A stretch of 64,000 nt of DNA from Malacoraja senta (GCA_038087875.1 CM075986.1:13330001-13394000), one strand, 5' to 3'; shown: positions 13,211 to 27,450, counted from the first letter of the stretch. Program-made: numbers and translations. Notes: generated by a model not told the origin, from the sequence alone.

Positions 13211-14111
13211 TTAATTTGAGAAAATGCTGAAGATTGACACAAAATGCTGGAGTAACTCTGGACAGGCAGCATCTCTGGAGAGAAGGAATGGGTGACATTT
13301 TGGGTCAAGACCCTTCTTCAGATGAGAAAATGCTGCACTGTTGGAAGTATATTCCTCTGGGTGAGATCTTAAGTTTAGACCCATGAGGTTTCTCAAGAAT
13401 CACTGAACATACAACATGGAAAGGATACTTGGAGCTATCAAGCTTGCATCAACCAGCAAGCACCCATTTACCCTAATCCTATTTTATCCTGCCTCTAGAC
13501 CGCTACATCAGGTATTTCAGAGACCAATTAACCTTCCACCCCTGCATATCTTTGTGGTGTGAGTGACAAATGAAACATCCAGAGGAAACAAGGAGTCACA
13601 CGGACAAGGTCCAGACAGACAGCACCGGAGGCCAGGATTGAACCTGGATCGGTGAAGTTGTAAGACATCACTTCTGCCAGCTGCCTCACCATGCCACCCT
13701 CATGTAGATATAAAAGATCCTATAGGTACCTTTTAGAAAATAATGCCTCAAGTACACTTCTTTAAAATCTACCTTTGTCCAATATACTGTCTTGACATCC
13801 CCCTAATATTCTTATGTGGCTTCATGTCAAATCATATTGATGCCCTTCTGGGATGGTACATAAATGCATATAATTGTTATTATGGTGGGAGGCCCATGAG
13901 CTGTTGTTATGTGGTATAGTGTTTCCGATGTAGACAGATAAATGGATAAACATATAAATGGTTAGAAGAATACATAGATACTTAGATGGATGGACAGATA
14001 AAGATGGAATCGAAAGTGGTAGATGGATAATTAGGAGAACAGGTAGACTGATAGAAATAAGAACATCAATGGATAATAGACAGAGCTAACCGACCAACAG
14101 ACAGACACACT

Positions 14112-14380
14112 GTGTAGGAAGGAACTGCAGATGCTGGTTTAAACCGAATATAGACACAAAAAGCTGGAGTAACTCAGCGGGCCAGGCTGCATCTCTGGAG
14201 AAAAGGAATAGGTGACATTTCGGGTCAAGACCCTACTTTGGACTGAGAGTCAGGGGAGAAGTCTGAAGAAGGGTCTCTATTCCTTTTATCCAGAGATGCT
14301 GCCTGACCCGCTGAGTTACTTACTCCAGCACTTTGTGTCTATCTTTGGTGTAAACCAGCATCTGCAGTTCCATCCGAAAC
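14112..14380. mobile_element. PLE-derived short repeat, inverted pair (a second copy follows at 14440-14535)
   Basis: ggaactgcagatgctggtttaaacc... mirrored at the right end; second copy flanked by acacttacagat x2. Confidence 0.75.
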
Positions 14381-15418
14381 ATACAGAAAGATATGGCGAC
14401 ACATCACACTGGAAGATATTCTGGTAGACAGTACACTTACAGATGGACACAAAATGCTGGCATAACTCAGCAGGACAGGCAGCATCTCCGGAGAGAAGGA
14501 ATGGGTGATGTTTCGGTGCAGTTTCTTCCTACACACTTACAGATAGGCTTGCTATTGAGTTGCTGAGGTCTAGGCCTGCGATAAATATTATTTGTGCAAG
14601 AAATGATGGAGAGAAGGCCTTGGTAAATAGCATCCCTTTCTCCCTCAAATTCCCCCACCACCAGCACAAGCCCCCACCCCTTCCCTCACCTCCTATATTA
14701 CCCCCTGCTGAGGTAATAAAGGTGCCTGTCCTGACAGCTCCTTTCCTCACATCAATGTGAGAGTTATCAGCACTGGCTGCGACTGGCATTACTCAAAGTG
14801 GAAGGGGCGGAGATTAGTGACACAGCCATTGTTAGTACTATTAATCCTTTTATCAGGCTCACAGTCATTAGAAGCTGGGAAGAAAAGGCCCCTAAAACCC
14901 AGGAGATGAAACCTGACAACATGAAAGAGAAACTTTTCAAACAGTGTCAGGCAGGAATTAACAGTTCAGCAAATTAGCTGAGAAAATAGTGAGGAGGTGA
15001 AACTCGGCAAAGCAGTTGGGATGTGATCCATGGGGCTTGGTGTTACAGGGGAACTAATAAATGGTTTCTTATGAGGAAATCGCAGTTTATTAACCTTTTT
15101 CCGTTCAGCTGAAGAGGATTTCCTAAAGTAATATTTTAACATTATTTGGAAAATCCATTCACAGAAAAAAACATCACAGGCTCTGTTTGACATAAACCCC
15201 AGAACATAATTACTGTTTTCAGTGCTATTTTTTTCTCATTATGATGGCACGGATTTTGTGGTAAAAGTAACAATATAACTCATTGAACAGTAAATCAGGC
15301 AGAAAATCCAGGTGACTGCACAGCCTGTCCAAGCAACCCTCAGTTTCTGAAGCATTACCATTCCCATATCGCGCAGAGCAACATGTCACAGAGGCACATG
15401 TTCAGTTGTAGCACCTGT

Positions 15419-15706
15419 AAATAGAAGATAGACACAAAATGCTGGAGTAACTCAGTGGGACAGGCAGCATCTCTGGCTAGAAGGAATGAGTGACGTTTCA
15501 TGTCAAGACCCTTCTTTAAACTCAGCGGGACAGGCAACATCTCTGTAAAAATGGAATAGGTGAGGTTTCGGGTTGAGATCCTTTGGAAGGGTCTCGACCC
15601 AAAATGTCACCCATTCCTTCTATCCAGAGGTGCTGCCTGTCCCGCTGAGTTACTCCAGCATTTTGTGTCTATCTTCTGTGTAAACCTGCAGCTCCTTCCT
15701 ACACAA
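15419..15706. mobile_element. PLE-derived short repeat, tandem plus inverted arms
   Basis: gtagcacctgt at 15408-15418 and 15707-15717. Confidence 0.8.
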
Positions 15707-17002
15707 GTAGCACCTGTGTGGTGGATAAACTTTTAAATTGCCAGAGGGTCTTTTCTATTACCATGTGCATACATTTTGTTCATATTATTGTCAAACAGCA
15801 CCACTAGCACTAAAAATTAATTTTACATGTGTAAGAAAACATATTTTAAAACTTTATGAGGGATTACAATTTATTTACAGTACAAGAACAAGTCATTCAG
15901 CATAACAGCTCCTTGTTGGTACTTATATTCCACACATCCTTCTTCCGCACATTGTTCGGAATTTGTTCTTCCGTGCTGAACAAATTCTTCTCCTGTTTCT
16001 CACCCACCTAGCTTCCCTTTAATGGAAGATAGACACAAAAAGCTGGAGCAACTCAGCAGGTCTTGCAGCATCTCTGGAGAAAAGCAATAGGTGACATTTC
16101 AGGTCGAGACCCTTCCGAAGGGTAGATACAACTTCCCGGTAGCCTTTCTGATTATTTTCTGTATCTGTCCACAACATTTGATTATCTAATAATCCCCCGA
16201 ATCTCTTTGGATATTCTCATCTCAGGAAGTATTCTGCTCTATCAATATTCATTCCAAAGTGGACAAACTTAAATTTCCCAACAGTGAAACCCATTTGCCA
16301 TTGGCTAATTGCCAACTGATTCTTCAATCGACACTGTTTACAATAGCAGCTGCCTTATAAGAGTGTCTCTGGACCACATGATAAATGGGCAGCGCAGTGA
16401 TGCAGTTGCTAGAGTCTTTGCCTCACAGCACCGGTGACCTGGGTTCCACCCTCACCTTCAGTGCTGCCTGGGTGGAGTTAGGATGTTTTCTTTGCACTGT
16501 GTGGATTTCCTCAAGTTGCTCCCATATCTTCCTGCATCTCAAATCTCAAAAAGATGGACACAAAATGCTGTAGTAATTTAGCGGGTCAGGCAGCATCTCT
16601 GGGGAGAAGGATCGAGGCCCTTCTTCAGACTGAGAGTCAGGGGAAAGGGAAACTAGAGGTATGAAAAGGTACGGAACAATCAGCCGGCAGCGATGACTCA
16701 GGAAAGGTGGAGCCCACAATGGTCCATTCTTGGCTGTGGAAGTTGGTAGGCCAAATGACTGTGGTAAATTGTCCCATCCCCAAATGTGAGTGGGAGAATC
16801 TGGGAGGGGAATTGATGGAGTGTAAGGAGAATAGAATGGGATAAGTGTGGGATAAGTGTTCACGGGGGTTTGATGGTTGGCATGGACCAAAGGGTCTGTT
16901 TCAGTGTGATCTATGTATCTTCACAACATTGATGTTCTGTATCTCAACTATTTTTATCTAATCTATATTGATTGATGTATTTGCTTAAGATAAATCTGGT
17001 AG

Positions 17003-17215
17003 AAACATAGAAATAAAGAAAATAGGTGCAGGAGTAGGCCATTCGGCCCTTCGAGCCAGCACCGCCATTCAATATGATCTTGGCTGATCATCCAAAATCA
17101 GTACCCCATTCCTGCTTTTTCCCCATTTCCCTTAATTCCGTTAGCCCTAAGAGCTATATCTAACTCTCTCTTGAAAACATCCAGTGAATTCCACAGATTC
17201 ACAACTCTCTGGGTG
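17003..17215 (-). mobile_element. CR1 LINE 3' end
   Basis: Reverse complement of the CR1 3'UTR seen at 32640-32800. Confidence 0.8.
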
Positions 17216-20200
17216 GTAATTTCCACCTTTTCATTTTCAACAGTCTCTTCCACCCTCCTGTATCACCAACATTTGAGGAAGAACTTCCTTGATTCCAATT
17301 CCAAATGATTTAGCTTCCAATTTTAAGATTATTTTCCTTTGTCACATAAAATTGTTTCTCCATATTTATATATTCAAATCCTGCAATCATTTAAGTACTT
17401 GCATTGGGTTAATCGATTGTCTACGTTCCAGCAAACATAATCAAAATTATATGGAATTTCCTCATAATGTTTGCCCTGGGTATTTATTTTGTAAATTTGC
17501 ACATTAATGCTGTAAATCCCAATAAAATTAGTTCTATTATAATGCAACAGTTGTGTTTCCAAGAAACATTAGGTTAGAAAAAATACACGTGTCAACAGGG
17601 CAAAAGGGGATTCAGAGTTAAAGAATTTCAGACTCACAACAACAAAGTAATTTTTTCTGCAAGATTTCCAAGAATAAAAGTATTTTTAATAATGTAAGTT
17701 TATTTTTGTTACTGCATGCTAAAATACTAAAAGCTGTGCATTACTTTGATCAATAGAGTAATATTACAAAAGTGTCAACAGAAGTGATCACTTGTCAATT
17801 TCAGCAACTTTGTATCATGGCAGATGATGGTGACTGATTACTGCAGATAGGCTACATGGAAACATTATTTTTCCAAGAGCTTTTTTTTCTACTTGCAAAT
17901 CTCCAAAGTAACTTTCAAATGGTTCTCGAGTTCCCAATCAAAATTGAGTTATAATCAAGTAATACAAATAATGTTCCCTAATTCAACGATTGCGTTATAT
18001 CCAGTTTGTATTGTGGAAGCGCGCATTATAGCAGAACTTTTTGATTATCTGATTATTTTTCTCCAGTCATAGAGTCGCACAGCATGGAAACAGGCAATTT
18101 GGCCCATTGTGTCTACACTGGCCAAAGAGCAACTATTTACACTAATTCAATTGTTTTGATCCTGCATATCCAACCTCTCCTTTGTTCTACAATTCACCTG
18201 CACGCAATGGATACAGAGGCCACTTAACCTACCAACCTGTATGTCTTTAAGATGTGGAATGAAACCAGAACACCAGGAGAAACCGACACAGTCAGAGGGA
18301 GAACATTCAAACTTCACATAAACAGCATGGAAGGTCAGGATTGAAACCTGCGTCCCTGGAGCTGTAGGGCAGCAGCTCTATTCGCTGTGCCACAGTAATG
18401 TAGTGCATAGAACTGAAGAACAGTGTAAATATAAAACACTCAGAGCAAAATCGGTGAGCAAAAAGATGGAGTCCATTCAAACACATCTCAAAATTGATGA
18501 AGCGCCTCAGTATTGAAAATAAAATGAGTGAGGCACATTTCCATTGAAGGTGACATCATATGACTGCCCAGTAGTCTTTATCAATCCAAACAGCCCGCAC
18601 AGAATACTTGAGGCCAACTAGTACATAGAGCTCATTCTCCATGGGAATCATTTTCCCAGGTAATGTCCTCACCTGCCCTTTGTGCCTCCAAGTTCAAACA
18701 CAGGGTATGTCATTGCTTGAACCGGGAATCATCGAGAATCTATTAGGCTGTGAGAAATCTATTACCTGCCTCTTTTAAAACACTATAATTTCTCTTGGTC
18801 CCTCTGTATTCCCTTGCAATTGCCAGGGTCAAACAGAGAGACACCTGCCCTCATTCCAGCTGTTGCTTGCTGCACCCTATTGTTATGCCAGTTAATACAC
18901 CCCAAAACATTGAGCTGGTAAAGCTGTAATCTCTGGGGTTTTACTGACACTCATAAAGCACTGAAGCTGCGCTCTCACAGTTTATGAAGTCTTTTAAACT
19001 CTTTGACTGAAAGGCAGCCTTGTAATCACTGCCAACCGCCTATTATCTGAGAAGATATATACTTTAGGGCTAGTTTAACTTCTTTCGAGAGATTAGGTAT
19101 TTGACATTACTAAGCAGCTCGCTACTGCTAGCTTGTAATTTTAGAGTCTGTCATTGTTTCGTGTGTGATCATTTAAAATGGCTGTCCCTTGCAGCATTGC
19201 AGCAATTTCAATGGACAGCATTAGGTGTTAAGAGAAAAGAAAAATGAGCTTCCCTGATGGCTCACTATGTAACTATTCCATCTGGCTGGGACGATGTAGC
19301 AAAGATCCTGTGCTGATCTACTTGCTTACAGAATTGAATTGTCCCCAGGTGGTGAAGAAACCATAACGGGTGCCTCATTACACTATTTTAATTGGGGTCT
19401 TATGTCTTATTATAAAATGCTTTAGCATCCCAAAGTGCATAATAGCCACGATTAGTGACAAATGGCTACTCTTAAAGTATAGTATGTAACGCATACATGT
19501 AGTTTCTGCCAAATACTGTGGGATAAATGATCAGATCACCGGTTTTAGATTGAAGAGATGCATTGGACAAGCAGCACAAAAGGAAAATGGGCTAAATGCC
19601 AGGAATCAGGGATTAGGAGTGGAAGGCTCTTTTTCAGCCTGATGTGGTATCCCTTGTCAATGATACCATTGCTTTCCAAAACAAACATTGGACGTTGAAG
19701 GGACCTGAAATTGCAGATGCAGGAATCTTGAGCAAAATTCAAAGTGCTACAGGAACTTAGCAGGTCAGGTAGCATCTGCGGAGGGAATGGACAGACACAC
19801 ATTCCCTCCATAGGTGCTGCATGACTCACCCTCCACCATTGTGTGTTTTGCTCATACATTGGACTTTGTTAAATGTTATATTCCGGACGGCAGAATGAAT
19901 AACAACTTACACGCAGGTTGCCTGGATCAAGAGAGAGATTTATTACCCAACATTCCCTGCTTATTATATAACACCAACTCATTAACATATACATGACTAT
20001 GCATGAATACATTACAGTATATAAGGGACATTTAAAATTTGCAGACAACACAAAGCCTGGAACTTAAGTAAACTGTGCAGAGGATGGCAGGAGACCCCTA
20101 TAGGATGTTGACAGGTGGCAATGCAGCAGATGGAAGGCAGATGGCATTTATTGTTGACATTTGTAGAAGCAAGCTGCACATAGTGTATATTGGCTGTACG

Positions 20201-21844
20201 GTCCCTATGCCTCAATCATAATGAAGATAGTGGTATGAAATACTTCTGGATGCTTCAAGTAACTCATAATCATTAAATCATCTTTGGCCAATTAAACAGA
20301 AGTGTAACATATTCGAAAATTCTTCTGAAAGCTTCATCATATGGATGGAAATGGAACAATGAAATTCTTACTCGCAGCAGCAGAAAATTCTTACTTGCAC
20401 AGGACAACATTTGTTCAATATTGTAAAAAGCACCATGCATTGGCCCAATCTAAGAAAAGATCCAAGGGTGCAAATGAAATTTGACAACAAAGGGATGTTA
20501 GAAAAGGAGAAAGGAACAGAGGATTGTTTTTTCAAAGTGAGGGAGGATGCTGGAGTTGAAGTACATGGACTAGTTGTGAATGAATGACCTGTTTCTACAT
20601 TGCATATTCAGTGCAATACTATGTCCTCTAATACTAGACACACCAAAAGGCTTGGCCATTATAAATTGCCCCCAATGTGTAGATTCTGGAGGAAGTTGAA
20701 GAGAATGTGGGATTAATGTAGGATTAGTGTAATCGTCTGGTTGATGGTTGGTGCGGACTTGGAAGGCTGAAGGGCCTGTTACCATGCCATATCTTTTTCT
20801 AACTGTCACCACTCTGAGAGGAAGAGATTCTTCTCTGATATATAGAAAAATGGCAAAGCTATTCCTTTTATCTGGGGCATGTTCCTTTGTTGATAACAAA
20901 TTACTGAACAGGAACTGAACTTAATCTGTGCAACACATGCACAGGTTATCAATGATTCAGCTTGAAGCTTTCTTCAGTAACAACATCTTGCATTTCTTCG
21001 CACCTTTAATATGGTGAAATATCTTCAGGCATATACGGGACATTTTCCAATAAAATTTTACACTGACCCTTCAAAACGATTGGGACAGGTTTATCTTGCA
21101 GGAGGAGGGGCAAATTAAGAGATGGAGATATTTTGAAAGTGTTAAAGGACCTGTTGCTGCAGGAACACTCCATTGTGGTACAGCTGTGAGAACTGGGGAC
21201 ACAAGGAACTGCAGATGCTGGTTGTCAAAAAAAGATACAAAGTGCTGGTGACTCAGCAGGTCAGGCAGCATTTTTGGAGAACATGGATAGGCCACGTTTC
21301 CAGTCAGGACCCTTCTTCTTGGATGTGCAAGGGTCTAGAATTGAGGAAATGTACGGATTGTGTAGTTTCAGGGAGTAAGTTGACCTTGTGGCTTTGTGTC
21401 TGAAACTTTTCCCTGAATATGCTGATCTAAAATTCTCATCCGGAATGCTGCCTGATGTGCTAAATATCTTCTCCCAACAGATGGCACCAACAACCTGCTT
21501 ATTTCAAGTCTGAGGAATTTTATGTCAGAAAATAAAATTAACTAACACTGAATTAAACACAGATGTTGTGAGGAGAAATGTTTCTGTGTGGTGGTATGAT
21601 TTGGAAAGAATGGTCTGAAAGAGCATTGGAAGCAGATTTAAACCTTCAGAAGAGAATTGGATAAATACTTGAAAAGAAAATAATTTCAGAAACAGAACCG
21701 GTTTCAGATACAGATTTAAGTTTTGCTGTAGGACAATGGATTCAGTCTGTATTCAACCTCTCTCACTCATCGTGGCAGAAACTTAACAACGTCCAGGTTC
21801 TGTATATTGGAACTCAGACCTCTGAAATGGAGTCGGAAAAGGGG

Positions 21845-22137
21845 GTGACACGTTGGTGCAGCTGTAGAGTTGCTGCCTTACATTGCCAGACACCTGGGTT
21901 CGATTCTGACTGCGGGTGCTGTCTGTACGGAGATTATACGTTCTCCCTGTGACCGTGTGGGATTTTTCCATGTGCTCTGGTTTCCCCCACATTGCAAAAT
22001 CATGCAGATTTGTAGATGAATTGGCTTCTGTAAAACTGTCCTAGGGTGTAGTATAGAACTAGTGTATATCATTGCTCAGCGAGGACTCGATGGGCCGAAG
22101 GGACTGTTTCCATGCTGTGTCTATAAACTAAAACTAA
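21845..22137 (+). mobile_element. tRNA-derived SINE (V-SINE/HE1-like)
   Basis: A-box-like tggtgcagctg, B-box ggttcgattc, central ctctggtttcccccaca domain, CR1-like tail with (aaact)n. Confidence 0.8.
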
Positions 22138-22506
22138 CCCAAACATATTATTTTTTGAATCCCCCATCATCACAGTTGTGCATTTTGCTTGTGCACCCCA
22201 AGAGCCAACCCTTGGCAACCCAGGAACTGAGGGATTGAATGTTAACTTGAATGTAGGAGCACAAAAGTACCCCAGCTAAACCTGGCCTTACACTCTAGAT
22301 GTCGAACCCAACAGGAGGTCCAGCTGCCCTCTTGCTGTTTGCAAGTCTTTGGAACCCTAGGATCAAAACTATTTTTAAGCTACAACACAGTCAAGGGGGC
22401 TAGACCTGCGTGCAGTAATCTCTATTCACCAATGGGTCTGCCAGCTGAATGCTTCACCAAGCCTCTTGTTCACAAAGCGGAGAGTTCAAACCAACTTCAG
22501 GAAATG

Positions 22507-22735
22507 AGTAGGAAGGAACAGCAGATGCTGGTTTACACTGAAGATAGACACAAAATGCAGGAGTAACTCAGCGGGACAGGCATCATCTCTGGATAGAAGG
22601 AATGGGTGACGTTTTGGGTCGAGACCCTTCTTCAGACTGGGTCTCCAAGGCTCTCGACCCGAAACATCACCCATTCCTTCTATCCAGAGATGCCGTAGTC
22701 CCACTGAGTTACTGCAGCATTGTGTGTCTATCTTC
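22507..22735. mobile_element. PLE-derived short repeat (subfamily A), inverted pair
   Basis: Two inverted arms; cttcaggaaWtgagt duplicated in the flanks. Confidence 0.8.
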
Positions 22736-23004
22736 AGGAATTGAGTGCTTAGTTCATGTGGACATTGTTCAGCATTGGTGAAGGGTTTGGAAGTAGGACT
22801 GAACCAAGACTCTGACTATTTCTCCTCTGAGGTGAGTTGTTCCAGATGAATATAGATGATCCTGTGGTATCCTTATCAGGAACAGCTGAGTTTTTGGTTT
22901 GTTGACCAGCATTCACCACTCAAACTAGAACAATTTGACCAACTTGCTGTTTGTGGGATATCGCTTTTCAATAACTAGGTTCTGTACTGGCCTATGTTAC
23001 TACA

Positions 23005-23410
23005 TGTTTGGACTTTATTTCTTGAAGCGCAGAAGTCTGAGGGGCAATCTTATAGAGGAGTTTAATAGCATGAGGGGAATAGATAGGATTAATGCACAGA
23101 GCCTTTTACCAAGGGGGAATCAAAAACAAGAGGACATATGTTTAAGGTGAGGGGGACAAGATTTAATAAGAACCTGAGGGGCAACGTTTTAACTCAGAGA
23201 ATGATGGGTATATGGAATGAGTTGCCAGAGGAGGTAGTTGAGGCAGGTACTATAACAGCATTTAAAAGATGCATGGATAGGAAAGGTTTAGTGACATGGG
23301 CAAAATGCAGGCAAATGGGACTTGTTTAAAGCGTCTATCTTAAGACATCTTGGTCAACATGGAGGAGTTGGGCCAAAGGGCCTGTTTCTGTGCTGTATGA
23401 CACTGTGACT
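23005..23410 (+). mobile_element. Older CR1 LINE 3' end
   Basis: LRGNLIE...GIWNELPEEVVEAGT peptides; tail gggccaaagggcctgtttctgtgctgtatga shared with the SINE tails. Confidence 0.75.
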
Positions 23411-24000
23411 TCAGAAATAATTGACCAGATGTGATCTGCTGTGTGGTACCCAGAGGACATGAAGGCATGTTTTAATTTTAAGTTGTTCTTGCCTTGGGTA
23501 GGACTATGGGGCTATTCATTTAATGAGTGCTCAGACTGCCCACTGAAGTTTGGCCAACCGAACACTGCATCATGATGATGATAATAAAGCAAGCATGGAT
23601 GCGTGTTGGTGGCCTTACCCTGTTCCATGCTCACGATCAGGTTGTTCATGGCACGACCTTGACCCATCTTTTGTAGTCCAACTCCTTCACAGAAAGTGGG
23701 CACTGGAAGGTGACAGTGGAAATCCAGTATAGAAGGAAAGAAATAGATTTTTTTATAGTGCCTTTCATGTTTGCAGGATGAACTCATGGCCACTGTCATA
23801 ATGTTGGCTCAGGGATAAATGTTGACCATTACATTACCTTTAAGTGCTTTTGGACCTTTGCTCTCACCTGACAGGGTAGATGGGGGCAAGGTTCAGGTCT
23901 GATTTACTGTGCATCAACCAGGATTATCAGCTCCGGACTGCAATTAAACCCACAAGATTTTGACTCAGAGCTGAGAATGACACCTAACATACAGCTTTAC

Positions 24001-24170
24001 AGGTAGACAAAAGTGCTGGAGAAACTCAGCGGGTGCAGCAGCATCTATGGAGCGAAGGAAATAGGCAACGTTGCCTATTTCCTTCGCTCCATAGATGCTG
24101 CTGCACCCGCTGAGTTTCTCCAGCACTTTTGTCTACCTTCGATTTTCCAGCATCTGCAGTTCCTTCTTAA
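24001..24170. mobile_element. PLE-derived short repeat (subfamily B) containing a perfect 138-bp palindrome, with target-site duplication
   Basis: 24001-24069 is the exact reverse complement of 24070-24138; atacagctttacagg at 23989-24003 and 24171-24185. Confidence 0.9.
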
Positions 24171-26328
24171 ATACAGCTTTACAGGCCACTTCCACCCTGC
24201 CCTCACTGAAATAGCACTAACCAAGGCTGGAGCTGAAACCTTCCTAGGTTTGTGGGTCACTATAAGAGTGCAGACCCATTGAGTCTTTTCTTTGTAACTG
24301 ATCCCATTCTGCCTCTGGCAGAGGGGAAGGACTGATATGTGAATACCCAGCTCATGACTTTTGTGTCAAATCCTTGCATTTGTGTGCTCGAGACGTACAG
24401 ATAGAGTTCACATAGGTGTGAGAGAGTTCACAATGGCACTTCAAAAAGGAAACTGAAATGTTAATACATCGGTGACAGCAAGACGAATAAATACCTTACT
24501 CCCTTTACCTATGGGGAAGTGTGGGGGTAAAGCTATATGTAGGGTAAAGGCAGGCGACAAGATGGCATGGAAACAACAGAGCAGAAAAGAGTAGGAAAGA
24601 AAACAAGTTACACCAGGAAACACCCAAAGATAATTTTAACAGAACTCTGTGTAGGAAGGAATTGCAGATGCTGGTTTAAACTGAGGATAGACACATAAAG
24701 CTGGAGTAACACAGCGGGTCAGACAGCATCTGTGGAGAAAAGGAAAGAAGCATGTCACCTATTCCTTCTCTCCACCGATGCTGCCTGACCCGCTGAGTTG
24801 CTCCAGCAATTTGTGTTTAACATAACTCTCCCTGCTGCAGAGATCTAGATTACTCAGCATGTCAGTAGGAGTGCTCCAGTTTCCCATTGGGTGAGCTTGT
24901 TCCATTGTTGATCTCACGAGCTACACTGGATAATTGCGTAGATGAAACGGGCTTAAAGATGTAGAAGTGAATTAATCATTTCAGTGCGCTGTAGGGAGAC
25001 TACACAGAGATGTCAGATTGTGTGGATTGCAGGAGTAGTGAGTCCCATAGAGGATAATGAGACAAAGGGCAAGAGGGTTATCAAACATAGAACGGTACAG
25101 CCCAGGAACAGGTCCAGTATTTTTATTCAGAATATGATGCCAAGTTGAACTGATCTCATCTGCCGGCACATGATTCATATCCCTCTATTCCTTGCACTTC
25201 CATATGCCTATCTTCAAGCCTCTTAAATGCACAATTGCATCTGCCTCCACCCCTGGTAACGTGTTCCTGGCCCCTCCACTACCTGCGTAAAAAACTTGAC
25301 CCGCACATCTCCATTAAACTTTTCCCCCTCACACCTTATGCTAAACCCCTAGTGTTGGACATTTCCTCCCTGGGAAACAAAATTCTGACTGTCTACCCTA
25401 CCTATGCCTCTCATAATTTTATATAGTTCCATCAAATCTCCCCTCAACCTCTAACGTTCCAAAGAGAAAGGGTTGGGATTAATGAAACACACACACAGAA
25501 AGTAAATAATACCACCAATCTGTCTTTTCCCTCTGCTTACCAGAGGCTTTGTCTCCCAACAAACATGCATTCCCAGCATCCATCTATTTCAGTATGTTAG
25601 CATTTTTGTTCACAATATAAGCAGAAAATACAATATAATCAGTACACGTCTTTCTCTTCATTCATGATGTCATCAGATCACTACATTCATTCTGTCATCA
25701 AATAGGGACATTCTGCTTACAATGCATCAAAGCCACTTCTATTTCCTTTTTCAACAATACACCCAGGAAGAGTTGCACAGGGCTTAACCGCTCTGTGTCC
25801 AGTGGTGGCAACACCTTGGACTGTGGCAAAAAACAAATTGTTGAAGGAACTTAACAGGCCAGGCAGTGTTCACATGGAAGGAAATGGAGAGATGGCGCAG
25901 TGGTCTGAAGGAGGGCCTCGACCTGAAACGTCACCCATTCCTTCTCTCCGGAGATGCTGCCTGTCCCGCTGAGTTACTCCAGCTTTTTGTGTCCATCAAT
26001 GGAGAGATGTCATTTTGGGCCAGGATCTTTCTTCGGACTGAAGTGTGATCCTTCCCTACAAAGTCTTTGCGTTATCTGCAGTGAGAGTTGTCATTATGGG
26101 TCAGGCACTGAATGGGAGGAATCACTTGAGCTGCCTTAGATAGACACTGTTCAAAATTCAATGTTGTTGCAGTCAAATACTTTGGCTCTGCCACGGGCCC
26201 CATGCCTATTTTGTGCTGCTGCCCAAGATGAACACCAGCCTCTTTTCTCCCAGTTCTCCCTGGCTGTGGAGCGCGTTACAGCAGGCAATCATCAAAAGGG
26301 AATATCATGCGTAGAAATGGCAGAATAG

Positions 26329-26791
26329 TTTTTTTTCCCAAAAATAAATTTTATTCAGAATAATAAAAAAATATTCTACACAGGAACAGTGCAAAAAAGT
26401 TACCGACATTCTCTGCGGCTGTACATACATTAATTAGCATTATATTTGGTAATGTTTAAAAACCCCATCATTATACCAAGCACCCATGTCACTCTTGTGG
26501 CCCCTGCAGTGATATCACAACACTTGTTTGAGGGGCGTCTCCACCCAGACTGTTGATCCTCCCCCACAGAGCCTTGGCCTTGGCTACACCAAGTTTCAGT
26601 GCGTCCCTCAGCACATACTCCTGCAGTCTGCAGCGGGCCAGTCGGCAACATTCCCCCGACGGACATCTCGTTCTGCTGGGAGATGAACAGGTTTCGAGCT
26701 GACCAAGGAGCACATTTCATCGAGTTGATGACCTTCCAGCAGCACGTGATGTCCGTCTCTGAATGTGTCCCTGGGAACAGTCCGTAAATCA
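26329..26791 (-). mobile_element. 5'-truncated Tx1-type LINE with poly(A) and target-site duplication
   Basis: ECCRLARCRLQEYVLRDALKLGVAKAKALWG peptide, AATAAA and A-tail; gcagaatagtt duplicated at 26320-26330 and 26792-26802. Confidence 0.85.
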
Positions 26792-27450
26792 GCAGAATAG
26801 TTACAAGGAGTGGGCATCATGGCTGACCCAAGAGCACTGACTGTATTTCGCAGCTTGCAAACAACTTTGAACAAACTTTAACTAGCAGCAGTGGCTCATC
26901 GCAGTGTTGGGTATTGCCTGGAGCACCAGTGGCAGATTGTAAATGCTGGATTTGCCAAGGTCTGTTTATGTAAAATAAAACCTGTGAAAAGTAGAAAGCA
27001 AAATTGTTCACTGTCAACTGTTGAAATGTTTCATCATGTTTATAACTTTACTAGGTAATTTGTCATTCCCTAAGGCAGCAAAGCATTTTACTGTGTGCTT
27101 AATCCAAATGAGGGGCACTTGGACACCGCCATTCTCTACTTTGTGGGCTTGTGTTAATGTTAGTGTGAAATGTAAACACAGCTCACTTTGAGCACAAAGC
27201 CTGACTGAAGTAGGCCCAATTGCTTTCCGATTAATCATATCATCCTCTCGCATGTGGTAACTGGCAGATATCAGGAAGCACCAAGGATAACGTTGCCAAT
27301 CGCACAATAAATGTGAGGTGGAAGGAGTCCTTACTAGTGTTACAACTTTCTCCTTTCATTTTTGACTGCGTCCGGGGTGATTAATAGAATGCATCAATTT
27401 GATTGCACAATGCTGGTAGAGAAAACCTGAACTGATTGCATTGTATGTCC

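Noticed and set aside
13930-14110. Purine-rich periodic sequence
   Set aside because: Decayed (GATA/GATG)n microsatellite
21845-21920. tRNA gene
   Set aside because: A/B boxes are the head of a multi-copy SINE; no complete cloverleaf evident
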